NCBI GenBank assembly: GCA_021162685.1 | Contig: JAGGYF010000015.1 | Coordinates: 1 to 49,951, forward strand | Source: Candidatus Iainarchaeum sp. | GTDB lineage: Archaea; B1Sed10-29; WALL01 | Direction of reading: 5' to 3' | Length of the DNA stretch: 49,951 nt | Shown here: positions 17,346-26,807 of the stretch, one piece after another | How positions within the stretch are numbered: position 1 is the stretch's first letter | Layout of the letters: the number at the start of each line of letters is the position of its first letter | Program-made: the position numbers and the translations under genes | Notes under the pieces: generated by a model | Databases searched by the model: none | Told to the model about the DNA's origin: nothing | The model's input: only the letters and a program-made list of their open reading frames with translations

Positions 17346-19682
17346 ATGAAACAAGCACTCCTCTGGAAACCATTGGAGAATAAAACAGTGCAGTGTAACC
17401 TCTGTAATAGGCACTGCATTATACCAGACGGAAAACGAGGGCTTTGCAGAGTAAGGGAAAACCGCGACGGCGTTTTGTATGCAATGACATATGCAAAGCC
17501 ATGCTCAATTGCAATTGATCCAATAGAGAAAAAACCATTGTTCCATTTCCTTCCTGGTACTTCTTCTCTATCAGTAGCAACAGTTGGTTGCAACTTTTTC
17601 TGTAAGCATTGTTTTGTACCAGAAACGTTCGTTATTACAAAAGATGGGGCACACACAATAGAGGAATTATTTAAAAAAGAAGACATCCACGTTCTAACAA
17701 AATCAAATGAGCTACATAGGGTCACAAAGCGATTTAAACATCCCTATTCTGGAAAAATCCTAAAAATAAAGGCAGCATTTCTACCTGAGGTCTTGTGTAC
17801 ACCTGACCACACGTTTTTTGCTACCACTGAGCCAAAGGATGGAATATCTGAGGTTGAAGCTAGAGACTTAACCAAACAACATTTCCTTGTTGTTCCAAGA
17901 AAACGCCCAACGAGTACAATGCCAATTATTGATGCCCGCACAATCCTCTCAAAATTTGAAACTAGAAGTTTCCAGGTAAAGAGAAAGAGACTAACTTCTC
18001 AGATTTTAGAGAAAATGATCAATCTAAAGGAAGAAGGGAAAACATCAAGAGAGATAGCATCTTGTTTGGGTTTCCATCCTACCTATATCAGGAAAATATT
18101 TTCCATTTTGAAACACCATGGAAAGGAAAGACTACTAACACGTACCTTTGAAACCAGTCTTGTTTTTGGTGAACGCATCCGATTTAAAAATGAGAAAGGT
18201 GTAGGCATACCTAAAGAAGTAAAACTTGACAAAGACCTAGCATATCTTTTCGGTATGTACTGTGCAGAAGGCAGCGTCTCCCGACATCCTTCCCGACCAA
18301 ATTCTTTGCTTCTTTGTTTCTCGTTTGGAAAGCATGAAAAGAAACTTGTAGACAAAACAAGTTTATTAATAGAAAAGGTATTTGGGATAAAACCCAAAAT
18401 CGGGATAACTAAAACCACATTGCAGGTTAGGGTGTCTAGCTCCTCGCTTGCTGCGTTCTTTGGCGTACTTTGTGGTATGAAGAGCCAAAATAAAAAAGTT
18501 CCAGAACCTCTCTTCTGCTCTCCAAAGCGCGTGATAGGCGCATTTTTGAAAGGATATTTTGATGGGGACGGCTGTTATAAGAAAAAATACGTTGATGCAG
18601 TTTCTGTTTCAAAAAAACTTATTATGGGGATATGCGAACTCCTTATCATGCAAGGCGTGCTACCTGGCTTTTACGAGCATATACCAAGAAAAGAAAGGCA
18701 AATCTGTGGAAGAAAGGTACATGTGAAACCAGAATACATAGTCAGATTTTCATCAGATTTTGATTTTGAAAAAGGCATCTGGAGAAGGAGGAGACATAAA
18801 AAATACCACTATAAAGAAACCGACAAATACTTTTTCGTTCCAATCAGAAAGATGTCGGAGCAACATTTTGAAGGATATGTATACAATTTAGAGGTAGAAA
18901 ACGACCCAACATACACTGCAAATTTTGTAGCGGTCCACAATTGCCAAAATTGGGGAATATCGCAAGCAAGTCCAGAAGATTTTTTGACAGAAGAAGTACT
19001 TCCAAAAGAGCTCGTTTCTATTGCTAAGAAAAACAACTGTAAAAGCATTGCCTATACATACACAGAGCCAACAATCTTTTTTGAGTACGCGTTTGATACA
19101 TCTAACCTAGCGCATGAAAGCAACATAAAGAATGTTTATGTAACTAATGGATACATGACTGAGGACATGTTAGATATGTACAAAAGCTTAGATGCGGCAA
19201 ATGTTGATATAAAAGGGGACGAGCGGTTCTATAAAGAGGTATGTGGAAACGTTGAGATGGAAAAAATCCTAGAGAATATAAAATACATGAGAAAAAAGGA
19301 CATCCATGTTGAGATAACAAACCTAATTATTCCAGGATACAATGATGACAAGGATTCTATAACACGCATAGCACAGTTCTGCAAGGATACTGATCCAGAC
19401 ATGCCTCTGCACTTCACCGCATTCTACCCAGCATATAAAATGTTAAACGTTCCTCCAACAAAGCGCGAGGTATTAGTAAAAGCCAGAGAAATGGCTCTAG
19501 ACATTGGCGTAAGATATGTATACTGCGGAAATACCTACCCTGGTGACCCCTATGAGAATACCTATTGTCCAAATTGCGGCCATCTGCTCATAAAGAGGCA
19601 TGGTTTTTCTGTTTTAAGTATAGATATGAATGGGGATAGGTGTCCAAGCTGTGGTATGAAAATACCTATTGTTCTTGAATAA
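17346..19682 (+). CDS. amrS: AmmeMemoRadiSam system radical SAM enzyme, intein-containing
   Basis: CNLCNRHC, GLCRVREN, DPIEKKPLFHF, GCNFFCKH/CQNW, AYTYTEP, YVTNGY, HFTAFYP, NTYCPNC. Confidence 0.92.
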   Translation: MKQALLWKPLENKTVQCNLCNRHCIIPDGKRGLCRVRENRDGVLYAMTYAKPCSIAIDPIEKKPLFHFLPGTSSLSVATVGCNFFCKHCFVPETFVITKDGAHTIEELFKKEDIHVLTKSNELHRVTKRFKHPYSGKILKIKAAFLPEVLCTPDHTFFATTEPKDGISEVEARDLTKQHFLVVPRKRPTSTMPIIDARTILSKFETRSFQVKRKRLTSQILEKMINLKEEGKTSREIASCLGFHPTYIRKIFSILKHHGKERLLTRTFETSLVFGERIRFKNEKGVGIPKEVKLDKDLAYLFGMYCAEGSVSRHPSRPNSLLLCFSFGKHEKKLVDKTSLLIEKVFGIKPKIGITKTTLQVRVSSSSLAAFFGVLCGMKSQNKKVPEPLFCSPKRVIGAFLKGYFDGDGCYKKKYVDAVSVSKKLIMGICELLIMQGVLPGFYEHIPRKERQICGRKVHVKPEYIVRFSSDFDFEKGIWRRRRHKKYHYKETDKYFFVPIRKMSEQHFEGYVYNLEVENDPTYTANFVAVHNCQNWGISQASPEDFLTEEVLPKELVSIAKKNNCKSIAYTYTEPTIFFEYAFDTSNLAHESNIKNVYVTNGYMTEDMLDMYKSLDAANVDIKGDERFYKEVCGNVEMEKILENIKYMRKKDIHVEITNLIIPGYNDDKDSITRIAQFCKDTDPDMPLHFTAFYPAYKMLNVPPTKREVLVKAREMALDIGVRYVYCGNTYPGDPYENTYCPNCGHLLIKRHGFSVLSIDMNGDRCPSCGMKIPIVLE
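17610..18941 (+). mobile_element. Intein (444 aa) with LAGLIDADG endonuclease and HTH insert
   Basis: CFVPETFV start, TPDHTF block B, LFGMYCAEG and FLKGYFDGDG, VYNLEVE, VHN|C end. Confidence 0.93.
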
Positions 19683-19985
19683 TCATTTAATCCCGAACAA
19701 AACCATGAGAGCAATTATCACTAGGCCTGGCAACCCAGCAATCAGTGCGATTAGTATATTCAGCGCATTTATCTGCACTTCATACCCAATATAAGGAGCA
19801 ACAAAGTGCATGACTATCAGACCAATACCACCAATAATAGAATTCAGAATAAGCTGTTTTACCACTTTGTATATTATATAACCTGTAACAATCACAAGCA
19901 TCGCACCTATGACAAAAACAACAATTCCATTTGTAGAGAACAGTTGCAATGGAGCAGTCGCGTTTACAGTCGCATTGAATGCCAT
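19683..19985 (-). CDS. Small membrane protein, BofA-like
   Basis: LILNSIIG...INALNILIALIAGLPG motif; 3 TM. Confidence 0.7.
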   Translation of the reverse strand: MAFNATVNATAPLQLFSTNGIVVFVIGAMLVIVTGYIIYKVVKQLILNSIIGGIGLIVMHFVAPYIGYEVQINALNILIALIAGLPGLVIIALMVLFGIK

Positions 19986-20021
19986 ACCATTATAAAAACC
20001 CCACAATATATAAAAACCTAC

Positions 20022-20654
20022 ATGGTTGAATTCACAAAAGAACAAGCGAGGATTGCAAAAGCACTTGTTCCTGGACCAAAAACAATTGAGGAGCTTAGGA
20101 GAGAACTAGAAATACCCATGAACAAACTGACAGAGGAGCTTGCACAACTTATGAAACTGAAGCTTGTTTCTCAAAAGGGATTCCCAACAAAGTACTATAT
20201 AATAGATGAAGTGAGGCGAGGCGTTATGGAAGAAGAAAAAACAAATAGACCATTTAAGGCACATTTCATTATAGAAGGGATAAGCAAAAACAAAGAGGCA
20301 TTAAAGAACGCTCAAAAGGCTCTTATAGAGCGTATGAAGAAGGATAAACTTCTACGCGTTCAGAACATAGAGGAGAGCGATATTGCTGAGGACAATGGAA
20401 ACTACTCCACATTTTTTGAAGCAGATATCTCCACAAAAACATTTGAAGACATGGTCTATGCAGTTTTAACATATGGACCATCGTCTGTTGAGCTCTTTGA
20501 GCCAGAGGAATTCACACTAAAAAGGCAGGAGATGCAAGGTGCACTCATGGATATTGCTACTATACTCCACAGCTATATGGGAATAATCGCACAACTAAAG
20601 ATGAAACTTGACGAAGAACAGATCATCATAAAGGATAAGGAGGGTAAAAAATGA
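20022..20654 (+). CDS. Winged-helix N-terminus plus conserved archaeal uncharacterised domain
   Basis: GPKTIEELRREL...L..LMKLKLV wHTH; YGPSSVELFEP motif; TATA-like tract upstream. Confidence 0.7.
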   Translation: MVEFTKEQARIAKALVPGPKTIEELRRELEIPMNKLTEELAQLMKLKLVSQKGFPTKYYIIDEVRRGVMEEEKTNRPFKAHFIIEGISKNKEALKNAQKALIERMKKDKLLRVQNIEESDIAEDNGNYSTFFEADISTKTFEDMVYAVLTYGPSSVELFEPEEFTLKRQEMQGALMDIATILHSYMGIIAQLKMKLDEEQIIIKDKEGKK

Positions 20655-20869
20655 GAGCAAAACCAATTGTTTCGTCCTTGCTTCTGATAACATTCTTAGT
20701 AGTATTACTAACAGGTATAGCACTATGGATATCACCACGGGGCGTTGGCAAGCATACCATTACACAAGTCCATACCATCATAGGTTTTCTGATGAGCGCC
20801 TTGATCATTGCGCATTTCTGGCTAAATTACAGGATTTTCATCGGAGAGATTAGGAATATAAAGCAATAA
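20651..20869 (+). CDS. Small 2-TM protein, DUF4405-like
   Basis: LLTGIALW...VHTIIG...IAHFWLN with His residues in the TM segment. Confidence 0.7.
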   Translation: MRAKPIVSSLLLITFLVVLLTGIALWISPRGVGKHTITQVHTIIGFLMSALIIAHFWLNYRIFIGEIRNIKQ

Positions 20870-21053
20870 TAGAAATTTACTGCAAATAACGGAATTTTCC
20901 TTATATTCCCCGAAATTCAGACCCCTTTTTAAACCAGAAATGCTTTTAAGTAACCCTTTTCATAATACCTGGGTCAGGGGTGGCGACGGATTATTTACGT
21001 TAAAAAGCGTAAAATCTATGGAGGAGAAAAACATCCAAAATCACGCTGAAAGG

Positions 21054-21070
21054 CGAAAAGTATATAAATA
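21054..21070 (+). promoter_or_regulatory. Strong BRE-TATA promoter of the S-layer gene
   Basis: CGAAAAG-TATATAAATA. Confidence 0.7.
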
Positions 21071-21088
21071 AAATATGATTTGATGTTC

Positions 21089-21143
21089 ATCAAGGGTAGA
21101 GATCCCTCTCTATGCATGATGCGGGAGGGGTAATGCCCTTGAT
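21089..21143 (+). promoter_or_regulatory. 5' UTR stem-loop of the S-layer mRNA
   Basis: atcaagggta/tgcccttgat and ccctctc/gggaggg stems; GAGGTGA SD follows at about 21165. Confidence 0.65.
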
Positions 21144-21178
21144 ATAAATTTTTTCAAGATGTATGAGGTGAAAAAGGA

Positions 21179-23617
21179 ATGAAATCAACAACAATAAAGA
21201 AGGTAGCTGCTGTGGCGGCAGGTACCGCAATGTTGGCAGGCGCAGTATTCGCAGCAACAATCCCAACATTGGAAAAGAGTTTCTTTTGGGATGACAATGG
21301 AAACGTAAATGTGCAGATTGTTGTCGGTTCTAATGCAGCAGCATCCGACGCAATCGCAGCAGCAAACCTCGCGGCTGTCATAGGAAGCAAGGCCTATGTC
21401 GCTGCAGGTGAAGAAGTAACAGTGGAACCAACAGTCACAGGAGAAGCAAAGATAAAGGTCACAGGTACAGCAACAACACCAAGTGAGGGAACATATGTTG
21501 ATGACCCAGCAAACGATCCAATTGACACGGGAGTAAATAACCTAGCACTTGGTGAAGCACACGGCATGTACAAAGGAACATTGACATACAACGATACTGA
21601 CTATGACTACAAGGAATCTGTTGAAGTCAAGAACATAAAGCTAAAGTATGAAGAGGACAAGGACCACCATGGAATCTACTTTGAGAACACAGGTGGTGTA
21701 AACAAAATCTTCTACAAGTTTGACTTCATAAAGAACTTCCCAATTCCTGAGGGAAAGTTGACAAAGACAGCAGAGATCAGGTTCCTTGGAACAGACTACG
21801 TAATCAATGAGTTGAAGTCTGATAAGATTGTCCTTGTAAAGGGTGCAAAGAAGACCCTCGGTATTGGACAATCAACAGATGAAACAATTGGCGACAACAC
21901 CTATACAGTTAAGTTGGTAGATGCAGCATTTAACGAAGAAACAAACAAGGGAGAAGCAACAGTTGAAGTAACAAAGCCAGACGGAACAACAACAAAGGTC
22001 CAGTTAGATACATCGTCCGACAGAGACGCAACAATTGGAGACATGTATATCTACCTACAGAGTGTTGCAAAGAGTTATACACCAGGCCTTGGAGGTACAG
22101 CAACCTTCAGGATTGGTGGAGAGAAGCTAACACTTGAGAATGCAATGCCTTATCCAAACAATGAGGATTGGAAGGTAAAGATATACACGGCAGATAGTGG
22201 TAGCAAGCTTGACTACATAAAGGTTTACCTAAACAAGAACTACGGTAAGGACGACAAGATGACAGAGATTGTAGGTCCAGAGAATTACTTTACAATAAAG
22301 TATGATGGGACCCAGGCAGACAGAGGCGAAATAGAGGTTGACAAAGTGAAGTTTACAGGAACAGAGGATGACGAAAAGTATGTGATCAAAGAGATAACCT
22401 ACACAGATGAGTATGAGAACGAATACACAGTGGAGCTATGGGACTCAACACACAACAGAAATAGAGTATTCTTGGCAACAGGTGGTGCAATTGTAGGATA
22501 TCACCAAGGAGATGAGACATATAATGCAACAGGTTACCTCCCACTAAGACCAGGCGACTATTTCATTGTGAAGGAACAGCCTGTAAAGGTAAACAGCATT
22601 GTATATAAGTCAGCAGACCCCTCACAGAGCAAGATCAAGTTGAATGGCGTGGAGTACGACTTCGCAGATTGCAGCAGTGCACCGAGTCCAAAAGGAGATC
22701 CAGACTTAACAAATGATACAACAGGCTATTACTTTGGGTTTAATAGCTCAATAAGTGGCGCAAAGATCATCTGTAAGGACATAATAGTAAGTGTAAACCA
22801 GGGAACACAATCTGTTGGGATATGTATAACATCTGATGACTATGCGTATTACGACGACCCAATAGCATGGATAAAAACAAACGCAGATAGCTACGTAAAC
22901 AGCGATTACTACACATTGCAATGGACTAACCCAACCTACAATGCATCTGCATCAGCGAACGACTACATAGCAATGGGCAACACATCGGTCCTTATGAACC
23001 TGACAACATTGGATGCAGCTCCAACTAGTCTCAATATAAGTTACATCAAGAGTGGAGATTACGAGGGAATTAGAGTACACGATGGTGCGGATAACAGGAT
23101 AGACCAAGCGAGGGAGAAAGCATCAGAGGACAGATACAAGTACCACATGTGGAAGAGTGCAATGGCAGAGGCAACTGATACCAGCACAGTAGAAATCAAG
23201 GTACCGAAGGAAGTGTTAAAGCTCAGGACAATCTTGTCACCTGGTGAAGTTGTAACAACAGAGCCAGGCGTAACAACAGTGACAACAGCCGACACATTCC
23301 CATATGAGGTCAGCACAGGTGTGAGCGTTGAAGAGTTGACATGTACAGCAGAACCTGTAACATACACAACAGGTTACACCTTTGGTGAAGTTGGTAAGTT
23401 CGTCGTTGACGATATGGGCATACCAACCGGCAATGCAATCGTCGTCGGTGGACACTTGGTGAACCAACTCGCAGTTGGTGTAACTGAGGACAAGCTCACA
23501 GCTGCTGGCGACCAGTATGTTGACCTTGTTGGCAACACACTGTACGTCGCTGGTTACACTGCAGCTGACACAGCAGCAGCAGTTGATGACCTCATAGCAG
23601 CAATAAAGGCACTCTGA
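21179..23617 (+). CDS. S-layer protein
   Basis: IKKVAAVAAGTAML signal; IVVGSNAAASDAIAA N-domain; IVVGG..VN..., LYVAGYTAADT C-domain; acidic, Thr-rich. Confidence 0.9.
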   Translation: MKSTTIKKVAAVAAGTAMLAGAVFAATIPTLEKSFFWDDNGNVNVQIVVGSNAAASDAIAAANLAAVIGSKAYVAAGEEVTVEPTVTGEAKIKVTGTATTPSEGTYVDDPANDPIDTGVNNLALGEAHGMYKGTLTYNDTDYDYKESVEVKNIKLKYEEDKDHHGIYFENTGGVNKIFYKFDFIKNFPIPEGKLTKTAEIRFLGTDYVINELKSDKIVLVKGAKKTLGIGQSTDETIGDNTYTVKLVDAAFNEETNKGEATVEVTKPDGTTTKVQLDTSSDRDATIGDMYIYLQSVAKSYTPGLGGTATFRIGGEKLTLENAMPYPNNEDWKVKIYTADSGSKLDYIKVYLNKNYGKDDKMTEIVGPENYFTIKYDGTQADRGEIEVDKVKFTGTEDDEKYVIKEITYTDEYENEYTVELWDSTHNRNRVFLATGGAIVGYHQGDETYNATGYLPLRPGDYFIVKEQPVKVNSIVYKSADPSQSKIKLNGVEYDFADCSSAPSPKGDPDLTNDTTGYYFGFNSSISGAKIICKDIIVSVNQGTQSVGICITSDDYAYYDDPIAWIKTNADSYVNSDYYTLQWTNPTYNASASANDYIAMGNTSVLMNLTTLDAAPTSLNISYIKSGDYEGIRVHDGADNRIDQAREKASEDRYKYHMWKSAMAEATDTSTVEIKVPKEVLKLRTILSPGEVVTTEPGVTTVTTADTFPYEVSTGVSVEELTCTAEPVTYTTGYTFGEVGKFVVDDMGIPTGNAIVVGGHLVNQLAVGVTEDKLTAAGDQYVDLVGNTLYVAGYTAADTAAAVDDLIAAIKAL

Positions 23618-23622
23618 ATCCG

Positions 23623-23661
23623 GAAAAGGGCTTAACCCCTTTTCACCTCTTTTTTATTTTT
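23623..23661 (+). terminator. Hairpin plus T-tract terminator
   Basis: gaaaaggg-cttaac-cccttttc followed by ttttttattttt. Confidence 0.8.
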
Positions 23662-23718
23662 AAAATTCTACTCCGATGATAGAAAAATTTATATATAATG
23701 CTACTGTAAACGTTGGAT

Positions 23719-24971
23719 ATGTGGAAAAAAGAACTCATTGAAGACTTCTTCTCAGAGAGATTCATTTTAGAGGTATAGAAAGAGAACTAAGGATACCCAA
23801 GACCAACAAAATAGTGTCTATTGTTGGTCCAAGAAGAGCAGGAAAAACATGGTTCTTTTACTATCTGTTTGAGAACATGAAAAATGCAGCATATATAAAC
23901 TTCGAGGATATTGCATTTAGAAACCTTAAACCAGAGGAATTTTTTGACGTTATTGAACTCTTTTCCGAACTGAAATATAGACCAAAAATATTTCTGTTGG
24001 ATGAGATACAGGTTGTTGATGGATGGCAAGTTCTTGTCAGATCCCTGTACGATAGAGGGTATAAGATATTCCTTACTGGGTCATCTTCTCAATTGCTTTC
24101 GAGAGAGATAGCAACACAGTTGAGGGGCCGCACATTAACGTATTTGTTATTCCCTTTCAGCTTTAATGAGTTCTTAAGGGCAAGAAATATTTTGATTGAT
24201 ATACATAGTTTTGAGGGAAAAGGCGAGATACTAAAAAACATGAGGGAGTATCTTCATTTCGGTGGATTTCCAGAAGTTGTTTTGAATGAAAACAAACCAA
24301 AAATTTTGAAACAGTATTCAGATGAAATATTTTATAAGGATTTTGTGGAAAGACACAAAATAAAGAGTTTAGAGTTTGGAAGGTTTCTGTTTGAGTTTTC
24401 ATTCCAGAATTTTGCTAAGGAGGTAAGTTTAAGAAAAATAAAGAGTTTCTTTGGAAAAACGATATCTGAAACCACCCTATATAGCTATTGTGAAAAACTT
24501 CAGGACACAATGGCAGTGTTTTTCTTAGAAAAGCTATCCAAAAACGTATACTCGAGGAGATCATGGCCAAGAAAGATATATGTTTCTGATGTTGGGATAT
24601 CAACTATATTTGGCTTTTCTGAAGATCTAGGGAAAAGGATGGAGAATACAGTGTTTATTGAGCTGATGAGAAGAACCAATGCTATGCCAATGCTGTCTTT
24701 CTACTATTGGAGAGACGCACAACAAAGGGAAGTTGATTTTGTAATAAAGGAAGGCACAAAAGTAAGGCAGTTGGTCCAGGTAACTTACGCTTCAAGCAGG
24801 GATGAGATAAATAAAAGGGAAATAGACGCATTGTTAAAAGCCAGTAGAGACTTAAAGTGCAATGACCTAATTATTATAACATGGAGTTATGAGGATGAGT
24901 TAACTAAAGACAAGAGGAAGATATTATGTGTGCCACTCTGGAAATGGATACTAGGATTAAAAATATCATAG
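23719..24971 (+). pseudogene. AAA_14/DUF4143 ATPase with an N-terminal frameshift (main ORF from 23814)
   Basis: GPRRAGKT, LLDEIQ, TGSS, GGFPE, EN.VF.EL, EVDFV; MWKKELIEDFFSE and IHFRGIEREL..KIVSIVG lie in different frames around cAGAGAGAtt. Confidence 0.7.
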
Positions 24972-25735
24972 CAGTTCTTGCATTGTTTTTGATATCTTTT
25001 GGTATTGGGTATGTTGTTCTTTCTGGGTCACCAAGCGAGCCATTAAAGATTGTCTCTTTTGATGTAGAGCCACAGCCCTCATCCATTGGTTGGGTGACTA
25101 TAACAATAGAAACGAATAAGCCAGCAAACCTAACTGTTTTTGTTGGAGAGAAGATGGCAGAACAATATAGGGTTGAGAATAACACGTATGTTTTCAGATA
25201 TTTTGTGTCACCTTATGAGGAGGACGGATTAAAGCAGATTATAGTTACAGGTGAGCTGTACAATGATAGTTTTGGATTGGTTGTGAATAAAACCGAAACA
25301 ATTGTTACTGTTAGGGGCATTGCATTCTATTCAAACAAAGGAAAATTTGTTGTTAAGGATAGAGTATACTTTTTCACAGAACTTGACCCAGGAAGGACTG
25401 AGAGGAATAAGAAAATCATAGAGGAGTTTACACCTTTCCTATCTAACCTTGCAAAGGCATACAATGTGACATTCTATGCTGTTGAGGCGGATGAAGAGAA
25501 GTGGTTAAGCTGCTATGATTCAAATAATACTGTTGTTGATGTACAAGAATGTGAAAATATAAGCCAAAGCAATCCGAGTATTATCTTAAAACTTCCAGTT
25601 TATCCAACATCACAGGTTTTTGTTGGGAATAATACAATAGAGGTACAGCCAAGTATAGAGGAAATAGGGAAGACATTAGCAGCAGTCTATACGTTTATTC
25701 CTAAGCCAACTAATATAACTGTTCCAGAACAGTAG
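24944..25735 (+). CDS. Hypothetical membrane-anchored extracellular protein
   Basis: N-terminal TM, beta-rich body, sequons, one Cys pair. Confidence 0.7.
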   Translation: MDTRIKNIIAVLALFLISFGIGYVVLSGSPSEPLKIVSFDVEPQPSSIGWVTITIETNKPANLTVFVGEKMAEQYRVENNTYVFRYFVSPYEEDGLKQIIVTGELYNDSFGLVVNKTETIVTVRGIAFYSNKGKFVVKDRVYFFTELDPGRTERNKKIIEEFTPFLSNLAKAYNVTFYAVEADEEKWLSCYDSNNTVVDVQECENISQSNPSIILKLPVYPTSQVFVGNNTIEVQPSIEEIGKTLAAVYTFIPKPTNITVPEQ

Positions 25736-26807
25736 TTGCATAGCATCCCTTTGGCAGAGAAAACCTGACTTTTACATAATCTTCTCCTTTCTCAATGATC
25801 TCAAAGTCGTTGATCTCAATATATAGGGGCCTGCGCATGCCTTTGCTGCTCAATTCGGGCATACCACGGATTTTAAAATCATCCAAGGTTAGCCACTCCT
25901 CCTCTAAAATCTTTTGCTCAATCTCCCCTTGTATGCCCTCAGCAAGTTTCATTTCATAGCCATATATAGGGCCTGTTGGGACGCCATTCTCTAAGATATC
26001 CCCTGGCTTCTTGTCCAAACCGATCTTCATGCGCTCTTCAAGTACCTTGTTGAATAGATAGCTCTGATAGGCGTGTACAAACATTATCAAAAGTTTTCTT
26101 GGGAGTTTTCTTAATGCACCAACATAGTCATTTGGATGTTGTGACAGATGAGACAATAGTGTTCTTTCATGTTTCAAATGCTTTGGAAAATAATCTAAAG
26201 CGCTTTTGAAGTTCTGTTCTTTCTCCAGCCTCTTTCTGGCCTCTCTATCCTCCTCCTTTTCTGTTTCAAACCACTTCCATAGATAAAGTTCAACAGCTTC
26301 TTTGTAGTGTTCGTTTACTATGGCTTTTCCTACGAGGTGGGTTATGGGCCTATATTTTCCAAAGCGTTGTTCTCCAAAGAAATTTGGGATCTTCTTTGGG
26401 ATTTTTATGTCAGTTACATCTCTGATTGTTATTGTGAATCTGTTGCCTTTAAGGTCTCCAAGGTTTATTCTTTTGGTTGAGTAGTATAGTGGTTTGAACA
26501 CCATGTCTTTGATGTGCAATCTTTCAAGCTGTTCCTTTTCTATGTTCCAGAGGCTCATAATCTGTGTTGTCCATGCCTTCCTATCCTTTGTACCTGCATA
26601 CCCTATCCGCTTCTGCGAGATATGTAATGTTTTACAGATCTTCTTAGCTGCCTGGATTGTATCCCAATTCTTTTTCTCAAGCACAAAGATTAGTTGGTCT
26701 CCTGAACCTTTTTCCCACTTTTCTTTTTTTCCAACTTCATATATTGTGCCATCTAACCCAATTTCTTCAACAATAAAATCCTCAGGTTTTTGTTTTATCC
26801 TCATCAT
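25710..26807 (-). CDS. truD: tRNA pseudouridine(13) synthase
   Basis: PEDFIVEE, YAGTKDRKAWTTQ, GNRF.I, NFFGEQRFG, AYQSYLFN, LPKGCYAT. Confidence 0.96.
   Translation of the reverse strand: MMRIKQKPEDFIVEEIGLDGTIYEVGKKEKWEKGSGDQLIFVLEKKNWDTIQAAKKICKTLHISQKRIGYAGTKDRKAWTTQIMSLWNIEKEQLERLHIKDMVFKPLYYSTKRINLGDLKGNRFTITIRDVTDIKIPKKIPNFFGEQRFGKYRPITHLVGKAIVNEHYKEAVELYLWKWFETEKEEDREARKRLEKEQNFKSALDYFPKHLKHERTLLSHLSQHPNDYVGALRKLPRKLLIMFVHAYQSYLFNKVLEERMKIGLDKKPGDILENGVPTGPIYGYEMKLAEGIQGEIEQKILEEEWLTLDDFKIRGMPELSSKGMRRPLYIEINDFEIIEKGEDYVKVRFSLPKGCYATTVLEQLY

Noticed and set aside
20870-21050. Replication origin or ncRNA in the long intergenic region
   Set aside because: No repeated ORB-like boxes, no cdc6/orc1 nearby, and no recognisable RNA family
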